Source: Nemertoderma westbladi (Eukaryota; Animalia; Xenacoelomorpha). Taken from it: a DNA stretch of 64,000 nt. The notes beneath the pieces are model-generated. The model was not told the origin of the DNA. It saw only the letters and a program-made list of their open reading frames with translations, and ran no database searches. The stretch is from NCBI GenBank assembly GCA_032718475.1, contig JAUCBJ010000539.1:31742-95741 (forward strand), read 5' to 3'. Of this stretch, positions 24,469 to 37,185 are shown in pieces. Made by a program: the position numbers and the translations under genes. Within the stretch, counting starts at the first letter, position 1, and the number at the start of each line of letters is the position of its first letter.

Positions 24469-27400
24469 AACTCGCCAGACATTATATTCGATGTAATTGA
24501 AACAAGTCTGAGAGTAGACCGTCACGAAAGCGCCCTCTGGCGGCACGGTGATGAAATCGAATCCCTGTGTAAAGGAACTCCGACATTCTGGTTGGTCGCC
24601 TGTCCGGAATGCATCGCACAGACCATTCACGACTTTGTATTGGACTTCAAGGTTTGTAAAACTACTGCAGTGTTAAGAATTTATATTAATTCAAGCAACG
24701 TAATAAAAATATTAAAATAAATTTTGGAATATATTTTAATAAATATATTACAATATAGTATATTATTAATTAAGTAATATTATTACGTATTATTAATTAA
24801 TAATACTTATTAATATATTAATTATATATAAATATTTATATAATAATTAATATATTAATTAATATTATTAATTAAGTAATATATTACCAATATGAATTAT
24901 TTTGGCTAATAAACATATTGCACCAGATCCAAAAGTAATATAAATAAAATGATACATAAAAAACACATTGTCAGGTAACTGTTTCAACCAGATGTGGATT
25001 AATGTATTATATTATTGTACATGTAATATGTTTGAGTTGTAGAAATACAGTATAATAATTAAACATAAACAGTAATAACGTTTTATAAATTGTTCTAGAA
25101 TGATATGTTTGAGGGTTACAGTGATGAGGTTGACTCTCTTATGGGGGAACTGCAGAAGATCCCGCCAGATATGTTGAGACAAATCGATTTCCGAGATCTG
25201 CAAAGGACATTGATGGAGTTGGACTGGGAGAGTATTGAAGGTAAGAGTAACTGAGTAGAATCATAAGCAATCATAAGACGCTTACATCAGGATTAACCAA
25301 TCAAAAGTAGTCACGTTTTACCCCCCAATCTACCAATTACACGCCGCCCATCAGCCTATCAACCAATCAGACCCCGTTTACCTCGGTATCAACAAATCAG
25401 ATGTCAAGCTGAGCCCCTTCTACAGTATCAACCAATCACAAGCGGCCATTTATAAAGTGAAGTAAATTTTGTTCGGCCGTTATGCCAGGGATTACGCACA
25501 AAGTCTGACGACTTATTTCCAGTGCGGTCCCCCCAGAACTATACTCCCCAGGGGAAACTACAATACTCATTTAGCTACCACTTAAGGATGAAAGGCAGAG
25601 ATGCGCCGTGGCTGGTCCATTTAAAAAGCATTCGTGCCGAAACGAAAACTGCCCTGGCCCATATGAGGTTCGAACCCACGACCAACGGGATATGTGAATT
25701 CAATGCAACCACTACACCAAGGTGGAACCTTGGTGTTGGTTGGTTGCCATATATAATTTCCAATAGAATAACCCAACGACTATACACCAGTACATAACAC
25801 TCCATCACCTCTCCTAGGTGTTTACGACGCTTTAGTAAACGACGGCACCATTAATCTGTGGGACTACAGTGATGACGCCGAAGCCGCAACTGATAAGGTA
25901 CTGGATAAGGTTCAATCTCTTCGAGAAACCCTGGATGAATGGGATCTCGCGTACCCAGAACAGGTGGGTTAACTTAAAAATCCTTGCTATATTTGAAAAT
26001 TTTATATCAAAAATATTAGGTTACATTCACGTTTCCGGTACTAATTTGGTTACATTTATTTAACAGATGAACGTAGATGTGTTGCAGTCGCGATTTGCTG
26101 AATTAGGACATCTGGTTGGTATGGAGATGCCGAACACCGCGGCCAACATAATGGATACGCTAGGGGGCGCACTGGAAAGTCTGTCCTATGGAGACGTGGA
26201 TCTGAGTGAGGTAAATAAAGTTTATATCACTGGACTCTAAAAAGTGAAGTAAATCTAACTGTAGGAAATCGATATGGTGAAAGATATTGAAAAATGTAGT
26301 GATGTCCATATTAGGCTCATTCCAAAGTAAAGTACGGGACATTCGTACACAATTTTGAACTTTGATTGCCTGTACAATGTTTTCCACAGCACATATGTGC
26401 ACGAAATTGTGCTTGGATTGAACTTTCGAATATCAGCTTTGATTTCGCGAAGCTCATGGCGGGACTTAGTCACTTTTGAGAAAACACTAGCTTGTCCAAT
26501 TAAGGTAAAGTACGGATTCGTACGAAATGGTTTTTTTTATTTTATGATTTCAATTCTAAAATTTAGCGAATTATGCGCAGGTACGGCGATGAGTTGATGT
26601 TTAGGATAAAGCTGTATTATTAAGCTTAAATAAAAATATAAATATCAGACGAATTGCTACATGGCTAATTTTTTACAGTGTGGTGTGTGTGGTAAAGTAT
26701 GGGACATTGCTAAGTAAAGTACGGGACCTGTACGAATTTTATGGTCAAAATGGTCTCTTACACTTAACTTAACAGTAATTTCTGGATAATTAGTATAATA
26801 AAGTGCAACTACAGTACGTATTTCCAACCAAGATATGGATGCAAAATGTGGGGTGACCCACAAATTGACCCGAAGTCTTAGCATATGGGTGCCCTTGAGG
26901 AGTTGTATGTCATCTGTCTAATTTTTGATCGCTAATGCTGTATAACTCGGTCATTTATAGATGAAATTAAACCAAACCTGGTACTGTACGTATGAAGTCT
27001 GTCAAAAGTTTGGAAAGAATCTGAGATTTAAGGAATCAAAGGTCACATATCAGACAGTCTGTCTGTTGGTACCGATAGTTTCAAAATTTTGATAAAAACC
27101 GAAATAAGTCCGCCAATCATGGATGAAATATAACCAAACTTGGTACACATGTAGTCTGTAAAAAGTTTAGAAATTCTTTCCACTTTTCTGAAAATGTATC
27201 AATTACTATACTTACCGATCTTATCTGCGAAAAAACAAATTTTTTTGAAATTTGTTGTAAAGTACGGGACTTTACATGCATAAACTCAAAGATTAGTTAA
27301 CTGAGGAATGATTCTTAGTTCAAATACATACTTCTATGCTTCCCCCTACTATCACCCTAAAGCATTATAACACTCCTGCCCTCCAGGTTTCATATATTAC

Positions 27401-29227
27401 ATTAATACAGTGCACTAAAATGTAATCGCCATTATAATAGTAAAGTCTGGAACAATTTATAATTGGCCGTCATGATGTTTCTGAGGGAGTAGATTATGAA
27501 ACTGCAGGTAATTGTTTCTTAAGATGACGCAACACAAACGTGCTTTGCATTCCACTGGGTGATTGGGCTGAGTTAGACTACTTCTCTGTGTATAAATTAA
27601 AAATTTCACGATTTTTTGGTAAAGTATGGGACTTTACATGCATAAACCCAACGATTTCTTGACTGAGGAATGATTCTCAGTTCAAATATAGACTCATATT
27701 CTTACGACCAACAATGACCTTAGAGTATTATAACACTCCTGGCTTCACATATTACAATAATACAGGGCACTAATATAATCGCCATTTTAATGGTAAAGTA
27801 TGGGACAATTTTCAATTGGCCGCCATGATATTTCTGAGGGAGTGAAGATGAAACTAATTGTTTTATACGATGATGCAACAGAAACGTGCTTTGCATTCCT
27901 CTGGGTGATTAGGCTGAGTTACATCTCTGTGAATAAACTAAAAATTTCACTATTTTGGGTAAAGTATGGGACATCACATGATTAACTTTATAGATTTCAT
28001 TACAGAGGAATGAAATACTGGTGAAATTAAATGAAACCAAAAAAAATCGAAAATGGGTTTGTTTTTGATTTGGTACATGCTTAGAAATGTTAATTTATTG
28101 GTCATAGGAAGTGCCTACAGGAAACGAAACTTTTGCACACTTTTATTCACATTTTGTGCAGAGCAGGTGCATAATTTGTAATTCGGCTATTTTTGAGAAA
28201 CCACCTGTGTTGATACAATTTTTAGCACTGAATTCATGAAGTACGATAAATTTTGACCTAAAATATGTATAAATTCAAAGCTACATCTCATTTTTCGAAA
28301 TTAGTGGGGAGGTTGACCTTTTCATGGAATGAGCCATTACAGTTCAATAATTTTAAGTGATTTTGAATTTATACAGATACTTTCTTAAGGTTTATAATTT
28401 TTTTACACTAATAACAATAAAGATTTTCTTGTTGAATTATATTATAGATTGAACAAACATTCACTGCCGCCCAGCGGCGATTTCAACAATTCAGGAGACA
28501 AATGTCAATACTAGATTTACCGATAGGGGGCGTACGGCAAACAAGGGACGTCGGCGAGGAAGAAGGGACAGAGGACGAAACGGTAGACCCCGCAGAGACG
28601 ACAGAGAGGAACGGGAGGAGAAAACACAGGAAGAAAAAGAAGAACAGGAATGGGAGGAGAAGAAACAGACCAAATAATGTGTTAGTGGTGTAAACTCAAC
28701 TTTACCTCACTACATATTTATTTATAATTTTTATTAGTCAAATATAACGTTTTGTGTAAAACTTTCTATTATTTATTTAGGTCTAAATTCCAAACTCTTA
28801 TTTATTGTTTTGCTTCCAACTGTACTAACTATTTCACTAACCTGTATAAACAGTAATACAGTACTGGTTTACAACGAAATAGCGAAAGTATATTAACTAA
28901 AACTTCGGGACTGAGAAAGTATATTAATTAATTAATTATATTAAATTATTAATTATGTAGTTAATATAAGTAACTGTGTTGTACCGTTGCACTACTGTGT
29001 TTTCTTGATGCCGCTAAAATAAACTAGTGCCGTTTATGATTTTCAGCGCACCTGGTGATATACTTTCGGAAGACGAACCTGATGGTGAAGGTGACGGGAT
29101 TGGAGGTGGTACTCTTACCAGAGACGAGATTCGAATAAAGAAGTTCTATGATAGATTGTACACCCGGGTAGACAATCTTAAGAGAGGCCATTTAAGGAAA
29201 TGCAAAAAACGGGCCAGGAAAGGTTAG
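24469..29227 (+). CDS. Multi-exon protein-coding gene of unknown family (5' exons not identified)
   Basis: Exons 24469-24651, 25099-25240, 25818-25963, 26067-26210, 28448-28680 and 29047-29227 (or donor after 29222). All have AG/GT borders and compatible phases (0,1,0,0,2), giving one stop-free frame NSPDIIFDVIE...IKKFYDRLYTRVDNLKRGHLRKCKKRARK. Confidence 0.8.
25475..25725 (-). mobile_element. tRNA-derived SINE family B, copy 2 (intronic)
   Basis: Reverse-complement match to 15046-15312. Confidence 0.8.
26314..28335. mobile_element. Non-autonomous TIR DNA transposon (~2.0 kb, Sola-like by its 4-bp TSD), copy 1, intronic
   Basis: TIR GGCTCATTCCA...TGGAATGAGCC, TSD ATTA, many AAAGTA(C/T)GGGAC motifs, and an internal ~360-bp duplication. 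Confidence 0.88.
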
Positions 29228-29398
29228 TGATATTTCGTGACTATCAGATTTTATGTTCTATTGTTTCTTACAAGATTAATACAGCAGTTTTTATATTGAA
29301 TTTCGAATTACAAAATGAATTTCTCAAATCTCACCCCAAAACAAAACTCCACCACGTCGCACAGCAACTATGATATTATATTTAGAATAAATAAAACC

Positions 29399-30289
29399 TT
29401 ATCCTAATTCTCGCCCTAGAGACTCCCCCGAACTCCCTGACGATGTCCAACGAAGTTCGTCTAAGGCCGCCTGTTCCTCGAAGCCGTAGCTCTGTGCCCT
29501 AGTTTCCTCCTCCCTTTCTTCTGCTTCTCTCCTCTCCTGTCAAGCGATTTCTTCCAATCGCTTCGCCTCTCGTCTATCCGCCTCTAGCTGCTCCCATCTC
29601 TGATATGGCGTATCTACCTCCCCGTCTACCAGATGTCGGCAGTTATAGTACACCGACTAGCCCTTCAGCCCCGGGTGGTCTACCAGACCCTCGAAAGCCG
29701 TCTTAAAGGCTCTTCTGTAGCTTAGGGGTGATCCCGATAATAGGAATGCCGTTGGTTCCCTCTCGATAACCACGGTCATGAATAGGTTAAGCAAACCCAT
29801 CATTATCCAGTCCTCCTGTAGGATATATCGCTTCTGATATACCTTTATCGCTCCTCTCCGGAATTGATACACCTCTTATTTTCCTGGCCTCGCTCCCCAC
29901 TTCAGCGAGTTCGCCAAGTCTGCTCCGTACTCCTCTCTGAACTTGCTCCAATCCATCGGTTTGTGACACACGAGCCCCATTAGCTGGCCCATTGCCACCG
30001 CCCCGCAATGGCCTGTGTTCTCCACTAGTCCCAACCCGTCTGGTGCTGTCATAGCCATGTAGACCGTCTGCGTATCCAGAAGTTTGGGGGTGTCCGGACC
30101 AATGATTCTCTCCGCATCGTCGCGAATCGCCAATCCCACTTTCGTCGTCGACTTCTCTCTCACTAGGGTTTGCACCGCCTTCGGTAACCGGTTCAACTTC
30201 GGCCCATCCTTCTTTCCATACATCCCTAGATCGAATAGGAATATATCCCCATTTGGCGCGCCCAAATGTAGGAGTATGGTTCTAGCCGG
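29399..30289 (-). pseudogene. DEDDy (WRN/EXD-type) 3'-5' exonuclease-like pseudo-ORF, 5'-truncated
   Basis: A single frame with three in-frame stops (29876, 29657, 29540): TILLHLGAPNGDIFLFDL...LPKAVQTLV..KSTTKVGLAIRDD...LLDTQ...YQKRYILQED, then an acidic/charged helical tail. Confidence 0.65.
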
Positions 30290-30325
30290 TTACGAGCTTT
30301 CACCCAACAGGGCTTCTTCAGGTAA
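30290..30325 (-). ncRNA. Minimal type I hammerhead ribozyme (Penelope pLTR)
   Basis: TTAC-CTGAAGA-A-GCCC-TGTT-GGGT-GAAA-GCTC-GTAA on the minus strand. Confidence 0.85.
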
Positions 30326-30388
30326 AAGAATATACGAATATACAGAGAGAGAAGACTGCACCAGTATACAGAATGCAAAGAAAACTAA

Positions 30389-32332
30389 TTGTAACTAATT
30401 AAGGTATAAATGTTCTATTTCATGGCAGTGATTGCAAGAAGGTGTATTCTGAAAATTTTCCAAAATTGTTTACAATAATATAATGGATAGCTATTACTTT
30501 ACTAAATCAGTAACAGTATTAGTTTGTTAAGACTCCGCCAACTTCGTGGCTCGCCTGACGACATTAATTAATCAAACTGAGGTGAGATAATGTCTGGGAG
30601 ACCTCAGGTGACCAAAAAGAAAGGGTAACAACAGTTACGAGCTTTCACCCAACAGGGCTTCTTCAGGTAAAAGAATATACAGAGAGAGAAGACTGCACCA
30701 GTATACGGAATGCAAAGAAACAACAGTACTGGTATGTGGGGAACAGTATAATAAATTTAAATATAAGCCGAAAAGGCCGAAAAAAGTTAGGTCCTAAACT
30801 ACTGAATATCAGAAATGCACCATTGAAGTTTAACATTAACACCAAGCGATTAACCAGACAAACTGACTACTGTATATTAAACACTATGTAAACAAACTAC
30901 CATCCAGTGTCGAATTCTGATACGTACTGTACGTTCATAGCGGGTGTGTGTCGGTTAATGAAGGTCCGTTCTGCTAGTTTACGGTCTGCCCTGTCCTTGC
31001 ACCGCCGCACAATTTTAGCGGTGAAGGGGTGTGGTGTGCTGGTGAGTGTTGGGTGCTTATCAACGTAGTGTGCACCGACAGCAGTCTTGCACGCGCCCTC
31101 GTTACATTTACGTACAGCGTTTTGGTGCTGCATGATGCGTACCCGGACTTGTCCGCTAGTTTCACCAATATACGTATCTGTACAATTGGTGCACTGTATT
31201 TGGTATACGGTGTTTTTATCGGTACAGTGGGTAACGCCGTGGGTGCAGGTATAACAGGGAGTGGCAGTGGGAGCGGGGCATCGTGGGGGGGTGAGTGATG
31301 ATTTAATGAGGATATTACGTAGTTCGTTGACACCACCCTTGTGTTACTCGCGAACGGTGATTTGGCTATTGTCTCTTTTACTTGTCTTAGGATGCTTTCG
31401 TTTATGTAAGGCAAAACTAGTGGTTGTGTGTAGGATTGGTTGCGGTTGCGGTTGTATGGTGTCTGTGCTGGGGTGCGGGTGTGCTTAATTTGCCGAATCA
31501 GTTGGTTTATTAGCATGCTCGGGTAATCATTGGTTGCTAATCTTTTAAAGATCTTGTCCAGGCTCCGCGCCTCTCCTGCAGGGGTTGTGCTGAGGGAGAT
31601 AGCACGTTTAAGGGCTATCCTGGCTGTGTTTAGAATTGTGTTCATTGGGTGCGCGCTGTTAAAATTCAACATAATGCCAGCATTTGTGGGTTTCACGTAT
31701 AACTCGAAATCAATACGGCCCGCGTTATTGATGGTGGTGAGTGTATCTAAAAAGGGCATCCTATCGTAACTGTGTTCCATGGTATATTTGATGGTAGGGT
31801 GGCAAGTGTTAAGATATTCTAGAAATTTTTTAAGTTCGTCCAGTCAAGTGGACCAGCCATCATCGTAAAACCGGTACCAACAGTCTGGGGCGAGGTGATA
31901 ATTACGTAGGTAGACTGTTTCCTTAACGTGGATATATATTATTGAAAAAGGGCCCGCAAGCCTATCTCCCATACCCGTACCGTACTTTTGAAAGTAATAA
32001 TTTCCGTTAAAATGGAAATAGCTACACTGCAATGCAAGTTGTAGCAGGCCATAAAATTCAGGTAGTTCAAGGCCATACATGTTTATGGAAAGGTGGTGTT
32101 TAGTAACGAATCCCATAACTACTTCAATTCCCTCGGTAACGGGGATATTAGTATATAAAGCCACAATATCTGTACTAAATACAATTTCTCCGAGTTGGAG
32201 GTTAGGGAGAAGCTGTACTTTACTCATGAAATCCCGAGTGTTTTTAAGTCGTCCGGGAATAAAATCCAAGAGTTGTGTTAAGATACGGCAGGCGAACCAC
32301 GCTGGTTTGGCGGCTGTGGAGCCCGTTGTCGA
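30389..32332 (-). mobile_element. Inverted, 5'-truncated Penelope-like element copy (RT, GIY-YIG endonuclease, pLTR)
   Basis: Reverse complement of 35005-36941. Motifs DIVALYTNIP, GTGMGDRLAG, RFYDDG, MPFLD, and VYQIQCTNCTDTYIGET. Frameshifted. Confidence 0.93.
30635..30670 (-). ncRNA. Minimal type I hammerhead ribozyme (Penelope pLTR)
   Basis: Identical 36-nt motif to 30290-30325. Confidence 0.85.
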
Positions 32333-33513
32333 GGAGCGTGACAATTTCTTAATCAATGCCCTATCACACCGGACCAGCGTTTTGCTCTCTTAAGAATCTG
32401 CCTATCTACAGAGAAACTCACCCATGCCAGACTGCACATCCAGTTCTTATCTGCATGCAAACGTCAGTACAAGGTACCTACATTTTTAGATTTCCGAGCC
32501 CCCTGCCAAATTATGGGGCTCAGGCAACTTGTAGCTAACTTTAAAATGACAGCGCTACGGTTTACAATTAAGTTTAACCACTCCAGGATTTACCACCTCG
32601 CAACTGACATTGCGGCCATGTACGCACGCGTCGCCGAGCTTCACGTTCTACCATCCATCACCAACCACATAAGAAGCGCATGTAACGATATACAAGCTCA
32701 AGTCCACAAAGAAGTACGGAAAGGCCACAATAAGAAACTCGCACGACTCATACCCGCTCATAACGCAACACCACCCACACCTGCCAGCACATTACACGCT
32801 CCAGGTCGCGTAGTCTTGCTTACGCCCAACCCGTTACACCCAGGGACCACGAGCCTCCTGAGTAAGGGGGCCCAGTTTGCCCTCCCCGCCAAATCGAGTC
32901 AATCTACGATGATTGATGTCGAGGTGGGACTCAGGCGACACGCCCACGGTATGCGGTGGCATTACGACATCGAAGCCTGGTGCAACGAGCTCCGATCCGG
33001 TACCGCCAATGCCCAACCGATGCCAACCAACCCGTCAACTGCTCTGCCTAACCCGCCAGCCCCGGTACCACCCCCGAACAACCCCCCGGCCCCGGCAACG
33101 GCCCCGGTCCCAACGCAGGCACCGAAAAACCAACCTACCATACTGGCCCTGGTACCGCCCCCGGTAACGACCATTCCGGCGGTAGGTTCAACCAACACGG
33201 ACCCCGTTCCACGCCCCAAACCGTTCGGAAAGATCTCATTCCCCGACGTGTACCGACCCAAGTCTCCCCCCGTTCCACCACCCGAGGAACAAACACTAAC
33301 AGAATTACAAGACACCATCCTAGGTATCTACAGACACCACCACCTACACACGTACCCCCGCAAAAACAATCTTTCCAGAGACGAACTCCGCGCCCTTAAA
33401 GCCCTTAAGGACGACCCGGATATCATCGTGAAGAAGGGTGACAAGAGTGGCGGGCTCGTCGTTCTCGATCGAGCCGGCTATATCAACAAAATTAACGACG
33501 AAATCCTTAGTAA

Positions 33514-34800
33514 CTACTACTACTAAGATCGGCATGCTGCATTGCAGCTGCATTTTTAAGAATGCTGTGCCGGCTTGTCAACAAAATTGCACCGCCACAA
33601 CTCCCTATCACCCATGACATTTGCTAGATCATCCGCATCTTTAAGGCCAGTGTCCTTTAAGATGCGTCTCAAGAAAGTCATGGGCTGTCCACCATGCTTA
33701 TTCACTCCATGAGGCTGCCAAAGTACAAGATTATGCACTGGCTGGTCCTCACGGTGAAAGCAATGTCCTGCAAAGCGGATGCGATTTTGTTCTAGTGTCA
33801 AGCTTGGGGGAACCAATGATACACCTCCAATGTTATATAGTGTCTGGTTGGAGATGTGTGCATTGTACTTGACACAATGAACCCGGCGTAGCATTCTTGT
33901 GAATGTGCCATCCAGAGATTTGGTGTCCTCAGCAGTTAGAGCCCAGCATGGACTCCTGTAGAGGAGTACTGGAACTACTGCTGCTCTAAATAATCGGACC
34001 TTAAGTTTCCGATGAATTCTCGGTGACTTCCAAATCCTGGAAAGCCTATTCAAGGCTGCCCATGCCTTTCCCTTACGTATTCGAAGGTCCTCACCTGACT
34101 TCCGGATCCATGATCCCAGGTAACAGAAGTCGTCCACATGCTCAAGCATACCATCCTTTGAGCTTATGCTCATCCGATCAGAGACTTGCTGAGGACTTTC
34201 AAAGTTAACTGTCAGAATTTTGGTCTTTCTGGAGTTAATAAAAAGACCAACACTAGAAGCAGCATGTTCTAATGAGCTGATGAGCCGTTGGGCTCCCTCT
34301 AATGATTCTGAGAGTACTCCTAAGTCATCAGCAAAGTCTAGATCAGTTAGGTACTTGGCAGGATTTCCTCGACTTCTGGAGCCAGTAGGTGGAGTTATCA
34401 TCACCCCATCATCATTATAATGATCTAAGGACATGCGTAGAACATAGTCAACCACAATAATGAACAAGAATGGTGCAAGTGTGTCTCCTTGGAGGACGCC
34501 CCATAACACTTCAAATGGTTCTGTGTCACCGTCAACAGTAGACACAAATGTTGTCGAACCATCGTATACTGATCTGATTGCTGCAATAAATTCATCAGGA
34601 ATCCCATATAATGAAAGTATGCTAAACATACGTGAGCGAGAGACTGAATCAAAGGCCTTGAAGAAGTCAACAAAGATAACAGCCAGATGCCTGTATTTCT
34701 TTTTTGATAACTCTTCAATTATCCTTCTAAGTGCCAAAATGGGCTCCATGGTCCCACGACCTTTACGGAACCCCTTCTGATTTCCATGGAGCAGTCTCTC
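33514..34800 (-). mobile_element. RTE-clade LINE, 5'-truncated, with an open 397-aa RT C-terminal frame (33556-34749)
   Basis: FVDFFKAFDSV, GVLQGDTLAPFLF and LDFADDL motifs; (TAG)n 3' tail; TSD AGTAA at 33509-33513 and 34801-34805. Confidence 0.95.
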
Positions 34801-36659
34801 AGTAATACGCAGGCATACGAGCGCGCCCCCCGCGATCCTACTCCGACTGAAACATCGAGGATTAACTCCGGAATAAAGAACCTGCTTAGCCGGTCACAAC
34901 CACCAACCGCAACCAGCGCCCTCCTTAGCACGAAACCGCGGCCCCCCGAGTTGTATGGGAACCCAAAGACCCATAAACCCGGTAACCCAATGAGGCCTAT
35001 CTCATCGACAACGGGCTCCGCAGCCGCCAAACCAGCGTGGTTCGCCTGCCGTATCTTAACACAACTCTTGGATTTTATTCCCGAACGACTTAAAAACACT
35101 CGGGATTTCATGAGTAAAGTACAGCTTCTCCCTAACCTCCAACTCGGAGATATTGTATTTAGTACAGATATTGTGGCTTTATATACTAATATCCCCGTTA
35201 CCGAGGGAATTGAAGTAGTTATGGGATGCGTTACTAAACACCACCTTTCCATTAACATGTATGGCCTTGAACTACCTGAATTTTACGGCCTGCTACAACT
35301 TGCATTGCAGTGTAGCTATTTCCATTTTAACGGAAATTATTACTTTCAAAAGTACGGTACGGGTATGGGAGATAGGCTTGCTACCCTTTTTCAATAATAT
35401 ATATACACGTTAAGGGAACAGTCTACCTACGTAATTATCACCTCGCCCCAGACTGTTGGTACCGGTTTTATGATGATGGCTGGTCCACTTGGCCCCACGG
35501 AGAAGACGAACTTAAAAAATTTCTAGAATATCTTAACACTTGCCACCCTACCATCAAATATACCATGGAACACAGTTACGATAGGATGCCCTTTTTAGAT
35601 ACACTCACCACCATCAATAACGCGGGCCGTATTGATTTCGAGTTATACGTGAAACCCACAAATGCTGGCATTATGTTGAATTTTAACAGCGCGCATCCAA
35701 TGAACACAATTCTAAACACAGCCAGGACAGCCCTTAAACGTGCTATCTCCCTCAGCACAACCCCTGCAGGAGAGGCGCGGAGCCTGGACAAGATCTTTAA
35801 AAGATTAGCAACCAATGATTACCCGAGCACGCTAATAAACCAACTGATTCGGCAAATTAAGCACCCCCGCACCGACACCATACAACCGCAACCAATCCTA
35901 CACACAACCACTAGTTTTGCCCTACATAAACGAAAGCATCCTAAGACAAGTAAAAGAGACAATAGCCAAATCACCGTTCGCGAGTAACACACGGGTGGTG
36001 TCAACGACGGGGCCCAAACTACGTAATATCCTCATTAAATCATCACTCACCCCCCCCCCCCCCCCCGCCAATGCCCCGCTCCCACTGCCACTCCCTGTTA
36101 TACCTGCACCCACGGCGTTACCCATTGTACCGATAAAAACACCGTATACCAAATAGTGATTGGTGAAACTAGCGGACAAGTCCGGGTACGCATCATGCAG
36201 CACCGAAACGCTGTACGTAAATGTAACGAGGGCGCGGGCAAGACTGCTGTCGGTGCACACTACGTAGATAAGCACCCAACACTCACCAGCACACCACACC
36301 CCTTCACCGCTAAAATTGTGCGGCGGTGCAAGGACTGGGCAGACCGTAAACTAGCAGAATGGACCTTCATTAACCGACACACACCCGCTATGAACGTACA
36401 GTACGTATCAGAATTCGACACTGGATGGTAGTTTGTTTACATAGTGTTTAATATACAGTAGTCAGTTTGTCTGGTTAATCGCTTGATGTTAAACTTCAAT
36501 GGTGCATTTCTGATATTCAGTAGTTTAGGACCTAACTTTTTTCGGCCTTTTCGGCTTATATTTAAATTTATTATACTGTTCCCCACATACCGGTACTGTT
36601 GTTTCTTTGCATTCTGTATACTGGTGCAGTCTTCTCTCTCTGTATATTCGTATATTCTT

Positions 36660-36695
36660 TTACCTGAAGAAGCCCTGTTGGGTGAAAGCTCGTAA
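36660..36695 (+). ncRNA. Minimal type I hammerhead ribozyme (Penelope pLTR)
   Basis: TTAC CTGAAGA A GCCC TGTT GGGT GAAA GCTC GTAA. Predicted cleavage is after C36691. Confidence 0.85.
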
Positions 36696-36944
36696 CTGTT
36701 GTTACCCTTTCTTTTTGGTCACCTGAGGTCTCCCAGACATTATCTCAACTCAGTTTGATTAATTAATGTCGTCAGGCGAGCCACGAAGTTGGCGGAGTCT
36801 TAACAAACTAATACTGTTACTGATTTAGTAAAGTAATAGCTATCCATTATATTATTGTAAAAAATTTTGGAAAATTATCAGAATACACCTTCTTGTAATC
36901 ACTGCCATGAAATAGAACATTTATACCTTAATAAGTTACAACAT

Positions 36945-37185
36945 TTGAAACGGAATGGAAGTAAATATGGTAGAAACAAAAATAGTTAAGATTAGAAAAG
37001 CCGGCCGTCTCACTCAAAATGACTCTTTCACATACTTTACGACTACAAACCCGTTACAATGTCAAATAAGTATGAATACCTCGTGTCACCCTACAAACAG
37101 CGCTGTGCTTCATTCACCAACCATATAAAACCCAAATAAAAAAATGTTACGGTGCGATCGGCTCCATTTCTCACCTACATCTCCT
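36945..37185 (+). mobile_element. Decayed LINE RT fragment (related to 55850-57070)
   Basis: NGMEVNMVETKIVKIRKAGRLTQNDSFTY resembles NGITVNIKKTKIMKFRKAGRLAKNDNFTY. Confidence 0.7.

Larger units (their letters stand above)
32333..36941 (+). mobile_element. Penelope-like element (RT + GIY-YIG), interrupted by an RTE LINE
   Basis: N-terminal LLSKGAQF and NNLSRDELRALKALKDDPDIIVKKGDKSGGLVVLDR. Resumes at 34801 with LYGNPKTHKPGNPMRPISS, then RT motifs and IGETS. Frameshifts and a deletion within GIY-YIG. Confidence 0.93.

Noticed and set aside
26160-26884. Short ORFs in the 2-kb TIR element as a transposase
   Set aside because: Short, AT-rich, no DDE motifs. They recur only because the element is duplicated.
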